Position numbers and translations under genes: made by a program
Assembly (NCBI GenBank): GCA_040767085.1
Contig: JAXGPF010000005.1
Span: 8,343 to 72,342 of the forward strand
Length of the DNA: 64,000 bases
From: Kiritimatiellia bacterium
Lineage (GTDB): Bacteria; Verrucomicrobiota; Kiritimatiellia; JAAZAB01
Direction: 5' to 3'
Notes under the pieces: model-generated
Told to the model about the DNA's origin: nothing
The model's input: the letters and a program-made list of their open reading frames with translations, nothing else
Database searches by the model: none
Shown here: positions 1 to 9,479 of the stretch, piece by piece
Position numbering within the stretch: the first letter of the stretch is position 1
Layout of the letters: each line of letters starts with the position of its first letter

Positions 1-349
1 TCAGCGCACAGCCTTTGTTGAACTGGTAGGGGAATCGTGTGGAGGCGGTGAAGAATTGCGATTGATACGAGTTGACTATTCCGTGCCCCAGGCCAAAAAA
101 GTCGCCCAACGGGCACAGCACGCTGGGGAATGCGGCGTTGTCCCACGTGATGCGTATCAGGCATTCCCGGTAGTGGTTTGGCTGAGTCATCCAGATGTGT
201 GTGATCTGTCCCGGTCCTTTGATGTCCGCTAAAACGCGGGCTTCTCCCGGTGGAATCGTCCATACATCCCCATTGCGACCGGACGTATCCCACGATGAAC
301 ACCGCCCGGTCTTCCGGTCCCGGATCCGAGTGATCTCATGAATCGGCAT
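1..349 (-). CDS. DUF2961 / glycoside hydrolase family 172-like protein, N-terminal 116 codons only (gene continues beyond window start)
   Basis: Manual minus-strand translation: ATG at 349..347 preceded by AAGGAG; product MPIHEITRIRDRKTGRCSSWDTSGRNGD...KGPGQITHIWMT...CPLGDFFGLGHG fits DUF2961 motifs; no stop before position 1, so absent from ORF track. Confidence 0.6.
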   Translation of the reverse strand, partial: MPIHEITRIRDRKTGRCSSWDTSGRNGDVWTIPPGEARVLADIKGPGQITHIWMTQPNHYRECLIRITWDNAAFPSVLCPLGDFFGLGHGIVNSYQSQFFTASTRFPYQFNKGCAL

Positions 350-430
350 GATTACTCCTTCTTTGTAGTCCAACGTTGGCGTTCACGGTCGCGAGCTTGC
401 GGGAGCACCGTGCTACGCCGTGTTCGGACC

Positions 431-907
431 TCATTCATCCATCCAGTGCAGGAATACTTCTGCTGTTCCGAGTGCTGGAACTGGCTGCTTCGCAGAGAGA
501 ACCAACTCATACGTCTTCCCCTCCCTGAACACGCCTGGGGACCACAGATCCCATGTGAACAGGATTGAGGTGGCAGGAGAGTGCCAATTTGTGAATTGGA
601 AATCGTTAGTTCCGAATTCCTTGGACAGCAGGAATGTTGGGTCTGTTGTTGGCATCCTGATTTGCAGCAACACGCTCAACGGCCAATCCGGATGACTGCA
701 GAATGCGCCGCTGTTCACCCTTTCGGCGGGGAAGGCTAAGACGAAACTCGCACCGCCTTTCGGTGCCACGAATTCTGTTTTGAAAATCGCGTTCGTTGCC
801 GCCAGGTCCATGTGGCCAAGCGACCGGTTTCGTGGGAGGGCTTTGCAGAAGCAGCCGGAAAGCAAGATGGCGGCTCCGAGAAGACCCATACTGAGTGTTT
901 TTTTCAT
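431..907 (-). CDS. putative lipoprotein, function unknown
   Basis: ORF track; N-terminal signal peptide with lipobox-like LLSGC. Confidence 0.5.
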   Translation of the reverse strand: MKKTLSMGLLGAAILLSGCFCKALPRNRSLGHMDLAATNAIFKTEFVAPKGGASFVLAFPAERVNSGAFCSHPDWPLSVLLQIRMPTTDPTFLLSKEFGTNDFQFTNWHSPATSILFTWDLWSPGVFREGKTYELVLSAKQPVPALGTAEVFLHWMDE

Positions 908-1256
908 CTCGCTTCCGAACAGTATTATTGAGCCTGCTTCGCGAAAGAAGGCTGGCCGGGGTTGATCATGTATTTTATAACTCCGACGCGCCCCATTGTC
1001 AAATGCCTTATCATTTGGCTATCAATGGATTATCCTGCCAGCTTGCTTTCGAGGTCGGCTTTATGCATATGGCAACGATGCGTCAGGCGCCAAACATGTC
1101 CAGGTAAATAATAACGATTCGCTCCAGGCATGACGGAACCTTCCATCATTGTTTTCAGGAATGAAAACCTTATTCTAAGCTCTGAAATCCCCACCCTTTT
1201 TTCTTTATCCATTACCCCGCGATATATTGCTCAGGTCCGGCCCGGCTGATCCGCAA

Positions 1257-1991
1257 TCATGTCTTGACGCAGGTGAAGGTCGCATATTCCTCATCGCCCG
1301 CGTTATACCGGTCCTCATGCACCTCGAAACCTGTTTCGCTTAAAACACGCCTCCAAACATCCATCGAGAACACGCCCATGGTCCAGAGATCGGCCTCAAT
1401 CCGCAGGCGTCTGTGTTCCCGGATGAGATACAGGATCGTCGTTTCGTACTGCTCATCCGTGGGATCGGGGTCATACACGTTCTCTATGAAAACCACGTCC
1501 AATCCGTTCCGCGCGGCCGGGGTGATACTGGTCTTGTTTTGCTGGAACGTCTCAGCCGTCACGTCCGGAGTAACAACCAGGACACCGCCTGGATTCAGAT
1601 GGGCGTGGGCGGTGCGGAACGCCGCCGCCAAGTCCGTCCGGCAGCTCATGTGCGAGATCGCATCGTCCATGAGCACGGCGTCAAAAGCCCGGCCGAGTCG
1701 GCATGTCCGCATATCGTCCTGGACGAACGTGCACTCGGGATTCAGTTCCTTCGCCTGCGCAAGCATGGCGGCGCTCAGATCGACGCCGGTGACGTTGAAC
1801 TGCCGCTTCAGGTTCCAGACGTTCTTCCCGCCCCCGCACCCTATGTCCATCAATGTGGTTGCCGGGCGCCGGGCGTGCCGGCGGATCAACTCCGTGATGT
1901 ATCGGCAGTAGTGCGCGTATTCCGTGGCAGCGTCGCCCCACAATGGCCAAAGCCACGCCAAGTCCGTATAAAGCCGGCAGGTATCATGCAT
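1257..1991 (-). CDS. class I SAM-dependent methyltransferase
   Basis: ORF track 1257..2168 trimmed to internal ATG at 1991 (2003 also possible); motif DIGCGGG. Confidence 0.7.
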   Translation of the reverse strand: MHDTCRLYTDLAWLWPLWGDAATEYAHYCRYITELIRRHARRPATTLMDIGCGGGKNVWNLKRQFNVTGVDLSAAMLAQAKELNPECTFVQDDMRTCRLGRAFDAVLMDDAISHMSCRTDLAAAFRTAHAHLNPGGVLVVTPDVTAETFQQNKTSITPAARNGLDVVFIENVYDPDPTDEQYETTILYLIREHRRLRIEADLWTMGVFSMDVWRRVLSETGFEVHEDRYNAGDEEYATFTCVKT

Positions 1992-2389
1992 ATCTATGCA
2001 CATGCTGAACGTCACAAAGCAAGGATTTGAGCGGCAACGCGCAAACATCATACGTTTGCTTGAGCCAGTATTAAATTCTCGGACGACGTGGAAGTTGTCC
2101 CTACGGAATGATAACGCAAGCAGTTTTGAAATTGGTTCACCAATCTGCAATCCTGCAAATCCGTCCAAATCCCGGTGACTGCCTCACCAACGTCCATATA
2201 AAATTCAGGCCGCTGTTGAACATGGCTTCCGTATCACCGGCTGGCGGTCAAGCAGGCTGCCGCCTCCGCCAGTTATTACCCGATATGTATTTTCACTTGC
2301 TCCGGCAAGTTACCCTGGCAAAGCAACGGAAAACCCCAATAGTTCCAGTGAATCACCTAAGATTGCCTGATAGACTCTGTTAACTGGAG

Positions 2390-2422
2390 AACCGTGAACC
2401 GCTTTAACCGTGAACCGTGCAA
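2390..2422. repeat. tandem direct repeat AACCGTGAACCG x2 plus partial third copy
   Basis: Read directly: copies at 2390..2401 and 2406..2417, immediately 3' of the methyltransferase stop at 2433. Confidence 0.4.
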
Positions 2423-2432
2423 CCGGAACTTC

Positions 2433-3131
2433 TCATCTTTTGCACAAATATGTCCCGATGGCGCCTTCTGCCATCTCTTTGGACAGAACCCGGAAGCCGG
2501 CTCTTTGAAGCAGGCCGTCCAGAATCCAGTCGAAGGTCGAAAACTCCTCCCGGACATGCGTTGCAATTTCATCGCGAAGCTGCGCCCCGCCCATTCCGCC
2601 CAGCTTATCTATCCAGCGCGCGATGTTGGTCTCGACGTCAACCGGATCGAAGATCACGTCGTGGATGTACAAAAGCCCGCCGGGCTTGAGCAGGCCGTGC
2701 ATCCGCGCCAGGGCTATGCCCTTCCAGAAATCCGGCAAATGGTGGAGGGCCATGCTGGTTACAATCGCATCTGCCGGAGCGCCTTTATGCTCGTACGTCA
2801 GGAAACCAGCGTGGCAACAGACGATGTTCTTGAGCCCCGTATTTTCCGCCCGCTGCCGGAGATATTCCAGCATGGGTTGGGAAACATCCACGGCGTAAAC
2901 GCCGGCACAGCGCTGCGCCGCATGGACGGCAAAAGCGCCGGTGCCCGCGCCGAATTCTATCACGACCGACTGCGGCGTGACGGCCAGCGCATCAAGGATG
3001 CGGATGCATTCGGCCGGCGCGTCGCGAAACCGGGCATGGCGGGCATCGTAGGCGGCAACCGCCGCGGTATCCGCATAATCCACGCCGACCTGCCGGTATT
3101 CATCATATTGCCATGTTGTCCGCATGTTCAT
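2433..3131 (-). CDS. class I SAM-dependent methyltransferase
   Basis: ORF track; motif EFGAGTG. Confidence 0.75.
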   Translation of the reverse strand: MNMRTTWQYDEYRQVGVDYADTAAVAAYDARHARFRDAPAECIRILDALAVTPQSVVIEFGAGTGAFAVHAAQRCAGVYAVDVSQPMLEYLRQRAENTGLKNIVCCHAGFLTYEHKGAPADAIVTSMALHHLPDFWKGIALARMHGLLKPGGLLYIHDVIFDPVDVETNIARWIDKLGGMGGAQLRDEIATHVREEFSTFDWILDGLLQRAGFRVLSKEMAEGAIGTYLCKR

Positions 3132-3134
3132 TTT

Positions 3135-3674
3135 CTAATCCAACTTGATCCCCGCATCCCTCCGGATGGATTCAATATCGAGGTCGGCGATCCAGGCTGG
3201 CAGATTCTGCCAGACTTCGTGGAAACCGAATCCGCCCTGGATCATCTCCCGGAGTGCTTCCTCTTTCGTCCAGCCCTGGACGGCGACACGGTACAGCGCG
3301 CACATGGCGCCGGTTCGATCGGCGCCATGTTGACAGTGGACGAGGACGGGGGTGCGTTTGGGGTCGGTGACAATCTGAAGAAACCGGACAATCTCCTTCC
3401 GTTCCGGGTGCCACGCCTTCATGTAGATGTGTTCGTATCCCAGTCCTGTCGCGCCGATTTCGTCCCGATCGGAGTGAAAAGACCGGAGATTCACGATCGT
3501 CAAAACGCCCTGCTGCTTGAGGTTCCGCATGCCCTGCGCGGTGGGCTGGGCGCTGCGGTAGAGGCTGGCGCTGACTGCATGCAGGTTGGAAACGCCCTCC
3601 AGCGTCAAGGGTTGCGCCCATGCTGCCGGCCGGCCGGCAGGCACCTCCCCGGCCATTGTGGCGCTCGCGAGCAT
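3135..3674 (-). CDS. protein-tyrosine / dual-specificity phosphatase, secreted
   Basis: CX5R active site HCQHGADRTG; start moved to ATG 3674 (signal-peptide-like MLASATMAG...) because the track's GTG start at 3710 lies inside the inverted repeat of the adjacent mobile unit. Confidence 0.7.
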   Translation of the reverse strand: MLASATMAGEVPAGRPAAWAQPLTLEGVSNLHAVSASLYRSAQPTAQGMRNLKQQGVLTIVNLRSFHSDRDEIGATGLGYEHIYMKAWHPERKEIVRFLQIVTDPKRTPVLVHCQHGADRTGAMCALYRVAVQGWTKEEALREMIQGGFGFHEVWQNLPAWIADLDIESIRRDAGIKLD

Positions 3675-3703
3675 GAATCCTAACCAGATGTTTTCTAAGA
3701 TCA

Positions 3704-4870
3704 GGGTCACACCTAAATTTAAAACTTAATTTTCACTCCTGGCCCCACATTGGTTGCCGGTTGCAGCATGCGATCTACTTCCGCAACCATGCCTTTCAGT
3801 TGCCGGTCAGATCCTAACAATCCAGCCATCTTCCTCAACTGGCGGCCCACCGCAGCGCCGCTCCCCATCCCCAACACCGCCGCCGCCTCGCGTTGCGTTA
3901 ATCCGGCATGCTTGCAGAGACATCGCGCCGCCACCCCGCGCAATACCGAATTCCGCCGACGCTGGCGGAAACATTCCTCCTGCGTTTCAAACACTTTCGA
4001 TAAAACTGCCAAAACCGTCGTTTTATCCACAGCATTTCTGATATTCCTAAAACGAGCATCTTTCGGCTGCCGGCTTTCCGCCACTCGCTTTTGATACAGC
4101 CCGTCCACCCACGCGCAGAATCTTTCGCCGCCTATGCCGTGCGGCGACGCTTTCAGCGCCGCCATCATACGTTCATCCCCTGTCGAACAGCCCACCTCAA
4201 CAAATTTCCGGTAACGTCCAGCACAAAGACGACGATTTGCGCTCATCTCCGTCAAAATCGGTTCATATTCCACAAATTTAAACGCATTGGCCTTACCGAC
4301 ATAACCCGGATAGCTGCTCCATGGATACGCCCGCAGATATCGCAACCGATCCGCCACTGACTTCTTTCGCAGCGCCCCAACCCGCACCGGATTCAAGTGG
4401 ACATACCGTGAAAGCGCCAGTAGATAAGCATCGCCATCAACCAGTTTCGCCTTATAACGGCCATCAAACAAATGCCCATGCCGATGGTGGCGCAAGTTGA
4501 AATAAACCGTGTAGGCCGTCAAAAGCGACTGCATGAATCTTGAGCAATTCCCGGCCGGGGTCTCGAACACCAAGTGAACATGGTTAACCATCAAAACAAA
4601 CACATACAGCCGGATGTTGTACTCCTCCACACGCGTCGCTAGACGTTCCAGGAAACGCGTGCGATCCGCATCATCGAGGAACAGGCGGTTATGCAGCAGC
4701 CAACTTGAGTCGCCATCGGTTCCCGGCGCAGGTGTCTCTCCCAGCATCCGGGCCATAACGTGGTAAATGGCCCCTTTAAATTCAATCCTTAATTGTCGTG
4801 CCATACACTCAATACTGCATATTTTTGCGAATTTTCGAAATATATTATCTTTTAAATTTAGGTGTGACCC
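3704..4870 (-). mobile_element. IS200-like (Y1 / RAYT-like) transposase unit bounded by inverted repeats
   Basis: GGGTCACACCTAAATTT at 3704..3720 is the exact reverse complement of 4854..4870; imperfect A/T-rich extension inward; single transposase gene inside. Confidence 0.55.
3719..4804 (-). CDS. IS200-like Y1 (HUH) transposase with C-terminal DnaA-like HTH domain
   Basis: ORF track 3719..5167 trimmed to ATG 4804 (MARQLRIEFKGAIYHV...); HxH motif VNHVHLV; C-terminal DnaA domain IV-like HTH. Confidence 0.8.
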   Translation of the reverse strand: MARQLRIEFKGAIYHVMARMLGETPAPGTDGDSSWLLHNRLFLDDADRTRFLERLATRVEEYNIRLYVFVLMVNHVHLVFETPAGNCSRFMQSLLTAYTVYFNLRHHRHGHLFDGRYKAKLVDGDAYLLALSRYVHLNPVRVGALRKKSVADRLRYLRAYPWSSYPGYVGKANAFKFVEYEPILTEMSANRRLCAGRYRKFVEVGCSTGDERMMAALKASPHGIGGERFCAWVDGLYQKRVAESRQPKDARFRNIRNAVDKTTVLAVLSKVFETQEECFRQRRRNSVLRGVAARCLCKHAGLTQREAAAVLGMGSGAAVGRQLRKMAGLLGSDRQLKGMVAEVDRMLQPATNVGPGVKIKF

Positions 4871-6785
4871 CGGATGTAGCTGTAACCCGCGAAAGCATGG
4901 CCTGCCCGTCCAGGCGTAGCGCGCCATCCATGGGATAATCCACCGCGAACCAGATGCTGTATGCCCCGGGCGGCAGCGCCATGTCCTGCACGAGGATGAT
5001 CGGCGCCAAATTTCGCAAAGCCCCCTGGAATGCCGGACGGCAGTTGGCCGGGTTGCCGTCAAACGGCGTCCAGGCCAGCCGATCGTTGCAATAAAACCAG
5101 AGCCCGGCATCATGCGCATACGCCGCCACCCACCAGTCCACCTGTATGCCGGCATAGGGTTCGACATGCAGCATGCTCACGGCCAGCGTCAAGGGATCGC
5201 CGGCGCCCAGGCAAACACCATCCCCGGCCAAGCCATTAACCGTGACCAGCGGCCCGACCGGCGCCAGCGTATCCAGGCGCAAGGCGCAGGCGGTGGCGGC
5301 AGGAGCAACGACGGACAGGAAGTAAGTGCCGGTCGCCGGGCATACCCAGTCCAGTTGGTTCATACTCCAATTGGGCGCGCCGGAATTGGCCGCCGGCGCC
5401 AGGCCCAACGACACATCGGCCGCGGCGCAATCGGCGGTGACGCGGTAATAGACGCCGGCACGAGCGGCCAGGGCGAACCGTTGCACGGCGTCGGGAGCCA
5501 GGTTGACGTTGGTCGCGGCGCCCGGCGAAAGCACCGGCATTCTCGGATATCCCAGCGCCTCGGTTGCGCTGATCGCCGCCGCCAGCAAAGCCTGACCGCA
5601 TTGGGTAAATGAATCCGGCCCGGACTCATCCCAAAACGGCAGGCAAACCGTCACCGACACCTCCGTATCGGGATTGTAGGCCATCAGCGAAAGATATCCC
5701 AGGGTAGCGCCGGTATGGCCGAATCCTATGTCCAGCATGTACGCGCAGCCGCAGCCGTAATTGGCGTTGTGGGGCGCCGTGTTGGTTTGCATGAAACGGA
5801 CCATCTGCGCATCGAGGATGTTTTCGCCCCGCATCATGGTGCGGATGTAGCGGTTGAGCGCGGCCAGGGTGCCGTAGCCATTGCCCTCGGCGACATTCGC
5901 GCTGATGTTGGCGTTGGAAGTGATCAGCGTCGCCCCGCCGGGCCGATATTGGACTCCCGGCACGAACGGCGCCGGCAAGGCCGTGTCCGCGGCCAGGCAT
6001 GGAAAGCGTATGGCGGCCAAAGGCACAGTGGCATTCCCGCCAACTACTTGCTCGTGCAGATAATCGGAATAAGTTTTGGGCGCGCCGCAATAAAGCGAAT
6101 AAACCCGGGCGATGATTTCACCAAGGATGGTGTAACCGGTATCGCTGTAATGATAATTCCGGTCCGGGGCGAAAAACTCCAGGCGGTGCAGGGCAACCTG
6201 CCCGACCAGCTCGGCGGCGGTAAACTGGTGTTCCGGCTCCAGGTCCAGGCGGTATGTGACGTAGGGATCGCCGCCGCAGCCTGGGACGGGATCGTTATCC
6301 ACATCATAGACGCCGGCGCTGTGCCGGAGCAGTTGCGCGATGGTGATCTCGTTCTTGTGCGGGATGTTCCAGTTGGTGTCGGCGGGGAGGTAAGGGATGC
6401 TGCTGCCAGGAATACTGTTCGTGATTTTGGCATGGATGTCCAGCAGGCCCTGGCGCTGCAGGCGCAGGATGGCCGCGGCGGTGAAATTCTTGGTATTGCT
6501 GGCAAACCGGAAAGTGGTGTCGGGAGTCAGAGCCTGATCCGGGGCAGCCGCCGAGGAGGCGAAAAAAGTCTCATTGGAAGTTTCCAGGAATACGCTCAGC
6601 GACGGCACGGGAACGCCCAAGGCAGTTTCCAGGCCCAGGCGCACGGCATGCACCGCGTTGCTGACTTTTTCCGCCGGCGCGGGCGTGGCCGCGCGCGCGC
6701 CGCCGCAGACGCACCCAACCGCCGCCAGCGCCGCCACATAATGCGAGGCACGACAAAAGCAGATTCCCCTGGCAATCCAATGCAT
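4845..6785 (-). CDS. serine hydrolase, beta-lactamase family, secreted, with C-terminal extension
   Basis: ORF track; signal peptide; SxxK motif in FRFASNTKNF; last 7 codons and stop lie inside the right inverted repeat of the Y1 unit. Confidence 0.75.
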   Translation of the reverse strand: MHWIARGICFCRASHYVAALAAVGCVCGGARAATPAPAEKVSNAVHAVRLGLETALGVPVPSLSVFLETSNETFFASSAAAPDQALTPDTTFRFASNTKNFTAAAILRLQRQGLLDIHAKITNSIPGSSIPYLPADTNWNIPHKNEITIAQLLRHSAGVYDVDNDPVPGCGGDPYVTYRLDLEPEHQFTAAELVGQVALHRLEFFAPDRNYHYSDTGYTILGEIIARVYSLYCGAPKTYSDYLHEQVVGGNATVPLAAIRFPCLAADTALPAPFVPGVQYRPGGATLITSNANISANVAEGNGYGTLAALNRYIRTMMRGENILDAQMVRFMQTNTAPHNANYGCGCAYMLDIGFGHTGATLGYLSLMAYNPDTEVSVTVCLPFWDESGPDSFTQCGQALLAAAISATEALGYPRMPVLSPGAATNVNLAPDAVQRFALAARAGVYYRVTADCAAADVSLGLAPAANSGAPNWSMNQLDWVCPATGTYFLSVVAPAATACALRLDTLAPVGPLVTVNGLAGDGVCLGAGDPLTLAVSMLHVEPYAGIQVDWWVAAYAHDAGLWFYCNDRLAWTPFDGNPANCRPAFQGALRNLAPIILVQDMALPPGAYSIWFAVDYPMDGALRLDGQAMLSRVTATSGVTPKFKR

Positions 6786-6944
6786 TTGATTGACTCCTTG
6801 ATTTTGTATCGGTTTTCAGCGGGGATGCTGACACATCCGCCGGGGCGTGTCAAATAAAACCGCCGCAATTCGGGATTGACAGCCGGCAAATTTTGGCAAA
6901 CAATGCGTCTGTTTTGTCACGGGAAATCCGCAGTCGTTGATGCC

Positions 6945-8102
6945 ATGAAAATTATTTGCGCCACCAGCATGCCGTTCGCGCGCGAGGCTTTCGGCCGGCT
7001 GGGCCACGTAGAAATCCTGCCGCCCCGCGAAATCACGTCCGCGCGCGTGCGCGACGCAGATATCCTGGCCGCGCGCTCCACCCTGCGCGTGAACCGCGCA
7101 CTGCTGGAGGGCAGCCGCGTGCGGTTCGTGGGAACCGCCACGATCGGCACCGACCACCTGGACATCCCCTGGCTGGAGCAGGCTGGTATCCGCTGGTGTT
7201 CCGCCGCCGGGTGCAACGCCAACAGCGTGGCGGAATATGTGGCGGCGGCGCTTTTGCGCCTGGCCGCCCGCCATGATTTCACCCTGGCCGGCAAAACCAT
7301 GGCCGTGATCGGCGTGGGCAATGTCGGCCGCCTGGTTGTCCGCAAAATGAGCGCCCTGGGGCTCCGCGTCCTGCAGAACGACCCGCCCCGGCGCGACGCC
7401 GAAAACGACCCGGTCTTCCAGCCGCTGGACGCCGTTCTGCGCGAGGCGGATGTCGCCACCCTGCACGTGCCGCTGACCGGCGACGGCCCTTATCCCACCC
7501 GCCGCATGGCAAATGCCGCGTTTTTCAAGATGCTCAAACCGGGTGCGATTTTCATCAATGCCGCCCGCGGCGGCGTGCAGAATTCGGACGCGCTCCTGGC
7601 CGCCATGGACCGCGGCCGGGTGGCGCATGCCATCCTGGACACCTGGGAAGGCGAGCCGGCATTCCGTCCCGACGTTCTGCATCGCGCCGCTTTCGGCACC
7701 CCGCACATTGCCGGGTACTCCTACGAGGGCAAGATCATGGGGACGGTGATGGTTTACCGCGAACTCTGCCGTTTCCTGAACGTCGAGCCGGACTGGGATT
7801 ATGAAGCGCTGCTGCCGCCGCCCGCGGTGCCGGAAATCTCCCTGGAGCCGCCGCCGCGCGGCACTCCGTCCGAGCGGCTGCTGGACCAGGCAGTGCGGCG
7901 GTTATACGATATCGAGCAGGACGATGCCAACCTGCGCCGGATTGCCGGCCTGGACGACCAGGCGCGCGGGCGCGCATTTGAGGAGTTGCGCCAGAAATAT
8001 CCCATGCGCCGGGAATTCCGGTACACGCGCATCGCCGGCCCCGGTTTGCCGGCCGATTTGCTGCGGCAATTGTCCGCGCTGGGATTCCGCTGCCACGGCT
8101 GA
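6945..8102 (+). CDS. pdxB: erythronate-4-phosphate dehydrogenase
   Basis: ORF track trimmed to ATG 6945 (MKIICATSMPFAREAFGRLG); NAD fold IGVGNVG; PdxB-type C-terminal domain. Confidence 0.9.
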   Translation: MKIICATSMPFAREAFGRLGHVEILPPREITSARVRDADILAARSTLRVNRALLEGSRVRFVGTATIGTDHLDIPWLEQAGIRWCSAAGCNANSVAEYVAAALLRLAARHDFTLAGKTMAVIGVGNVGRLVVRKMSALGLRVLQNDPPRRDAENDPVFQPLDAVLREADVATLHVPLTGDGPYPTRRMANAAFFKMLKPGAIFINAARGGVQNSDALLAAMDRGRVAHAILDTWEGEPAFRPDVLHRAAFGTPHIAGYSYEGKIMGTVMVYRELCRFLNVEPDWDYEALLPPPAVPEISLEPPPRGTPSERLLDQAVRRLYDIEQDDANLRRIAGLDDQARGRAFEELRQKYPMRREFRYTRIAGPGLPADLLRQLSALGFRCHG

Positions 8103-8150
8103 CCCGTCCGCCCCGCATCCGTCATGCCCGGGGCGGATAGCTGACTTCCC

Positions 8151-9347
8151 ATGCATGAACCCATCCACAACCTGTCATTGGAGCAGTTGGAATCGGCCTG
8201 TTGCGAACTGGGTCAGCCGGCCTGGCGCGCGGCGCAAATCTGGCATTGGCTGTATGTCCGCCGGGCCGGCGCTTGGGATGAAATGCGCAACCTGCCGCGC
8301 TGCCTGCGGGAACAACTGGCCGGCCGCTTCCTCTATGCCGCCGTCCAGCCGGAACAACAGGCCGAAGAAGCGGCGGCCGGCGCCGGCGCAGCCACACATA
8401 AGATCGGCAGCACGCTGGCGGATGGCGAAGTCATTGAAACCGTCCTGATTCCCGCGCCGGGGCGGGGCGGTGCCGGGCGCCAGACTGTCTGCGTATCCAG
8501 CCAGGCCGGGTGCAAGTTTCATTGCGCCTTCTGCGCCAGCGGCCAGGCGGGATTCACCCGCAACCTGTCCGTGGCGGAGATGGTGGAGCAGGTCCTGGTA
8601 TGCGCCCGCCGCCTGAACGCGCCGCCGACGCACGTAGTTTTCATGGGCATCGGCGAGCCGTTGGATAATTACGACAATGTGTTGGCGGCCATCCGCATCC
8701 TCAACCATCCCGACGGGCTGCGGATCGGCGCCCGGCGGATCACCATCAGCACCTGCGGCATCATACCCGGCATTCAGCGCCTGGCCCGCGAGGGACTGCA
8801 GACGGAACTCTCCGTATCGCTGCACGCCCCGACCGACGACCTGCGTTCGCAACTCATGCCGGTCAACCGCCGCTACGGCCTGGCGCCGCTGCTGGCGGCC
8901 TGCCGCGAATATGCCAGCCACACCGGCCGGATCATCACTTTTGAATACACGCTGATTGACAGGCTCAACGCCGCTCCGGAGCAGGCGCGCGCTCTGGGGA
9001 AACTGCTGCACGGCTGCCATTGCCGCGTCAACCTGATCCCGCTGAGCCCGGTGGCGGAGTTTGCCGGGCAGCCGCCGTCCCCGTCGGCCGCCCGGGAATT
9101 CATCCGCATACTCGAGCAGGCCGGGATCAATGCCACGCTGCGCGCATCGCGCGGCGCCGGCATAAACGCCGCCTGCGGGCAATTGCGCTTCACCCGCCGG
9201 GGTGTAGGACAAATTAGTTGGGGTAGTGCGGTGGTAGGGGTACGTAGCGAATTCCGTTCGAAAAGCACGGCGGCGATTTTGGGGCGTCTGTCCGCTACGC
9301 GGCCCCTGCGGGCGGGTTTGCCGGGAGCGGGGCAATCACCAGATTAG
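8151..9347 (+). CDS. rlmN: 23S rRNA / tRNA adenine C2-methyltransferase, radical SAM
   Basis: ORF track; CxxxCxxC as CKFHCAFC; MGIGEPLDN; C-terminal AACGQL. Confidence 0.9.
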   Translation: MHEPIHNLSLEQLESACCELGQPAWRAAQIWHWLYVRRAGAWDEMRNLPRCLREQLAGRFLYAAVQPEQQAEEAAAGAGAATHKIGSTLADGEVIETVLIPAPGRGGAGRQTVCVSSQAGCKFHCAFCASGQAGFTRNLSVAEMVEQVLVCARRLNAPPTHVVFMGIGEPLDNYDNVLAAIRILNHPDGLRIGARRITISTCGIIPGIQRLAREGLQTELSVSLHAPTDDLRSQLMPVNRRYGLAPLLAACREYASHTGRIITFEYTLIDRLNAAPEQARALGKLLHGCHCRVNLIPLSPVAEFAGQPPSPSAAREFIRILEQAGINATLRASRGAGINAACGQLRFTRRGVGQISWGSAVVGVRSEFRSKSTAAILGRLSATRPLRAGLPGAGQSPD

Positions 9348-9479
9348 CCCCGCCCACCGGCGCACCCGCATCCACCCCAAACTTGCCTTGTCTTTTCGAA
9401 CCCCTCGACAAGCTCGGGGAGCGGAATTCGCAACGCGGTGGCCCAATTTCGGCCAGGATGGTGTAACCTGGCCGAAATT
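9247..9479. repeat. structured inverted-repeat element spanning the rlmN 3' end (MITE-like or structured RNA)
   Basis: GCGAATTCCGTTCGAAAAG at 9247..9265 pairs with 9392..9400 plus 9422..9431 (arm split by a 21-bp insert); separate perfect 13-bp stem with 9-nt loop at 9445..9479. Confidence 0.3.

Noticed and set aside
338-568. 76-aa plus-strand ORF
   Set aside because: Overlaps the better-supported minus-strand DUF2961 gene start and the lipoprotein gene end; no features.
2394-3683. 429-aa plus-strand ORF
   Set aside because: Antisense to the methyltransferase and phosphatase genes; Arg/Pro/Gly-rich with no motifs; typical high-GC shadow ORF.
3719-5167. Long N-terminal extensions of track ORFs (this and several others)
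   Set aside because: The track uses the furthest upstream ATG/GTG/TTG; extensions overlap neighbours or repeats, and internal ATGs with SD or signal peptides fit better.
5715-6857. 380-aa plus-strand ORF
   Set aside because: Lies entirely antisense within the beta-lactamase-family gene, which has clear SxxK and signal peptide features.
8175-9335. 386-aa minus-strand ORF
   Set aside because: Antisense shadow of rlmN; low-complexity Arg/Ala/Gly composition.
9392-9431. TTCGAACC motif considered as a tRNA T-arm
   Set aside because: No acceptor or anticodon stems could be built around it; it is part of the split inverted repeat.
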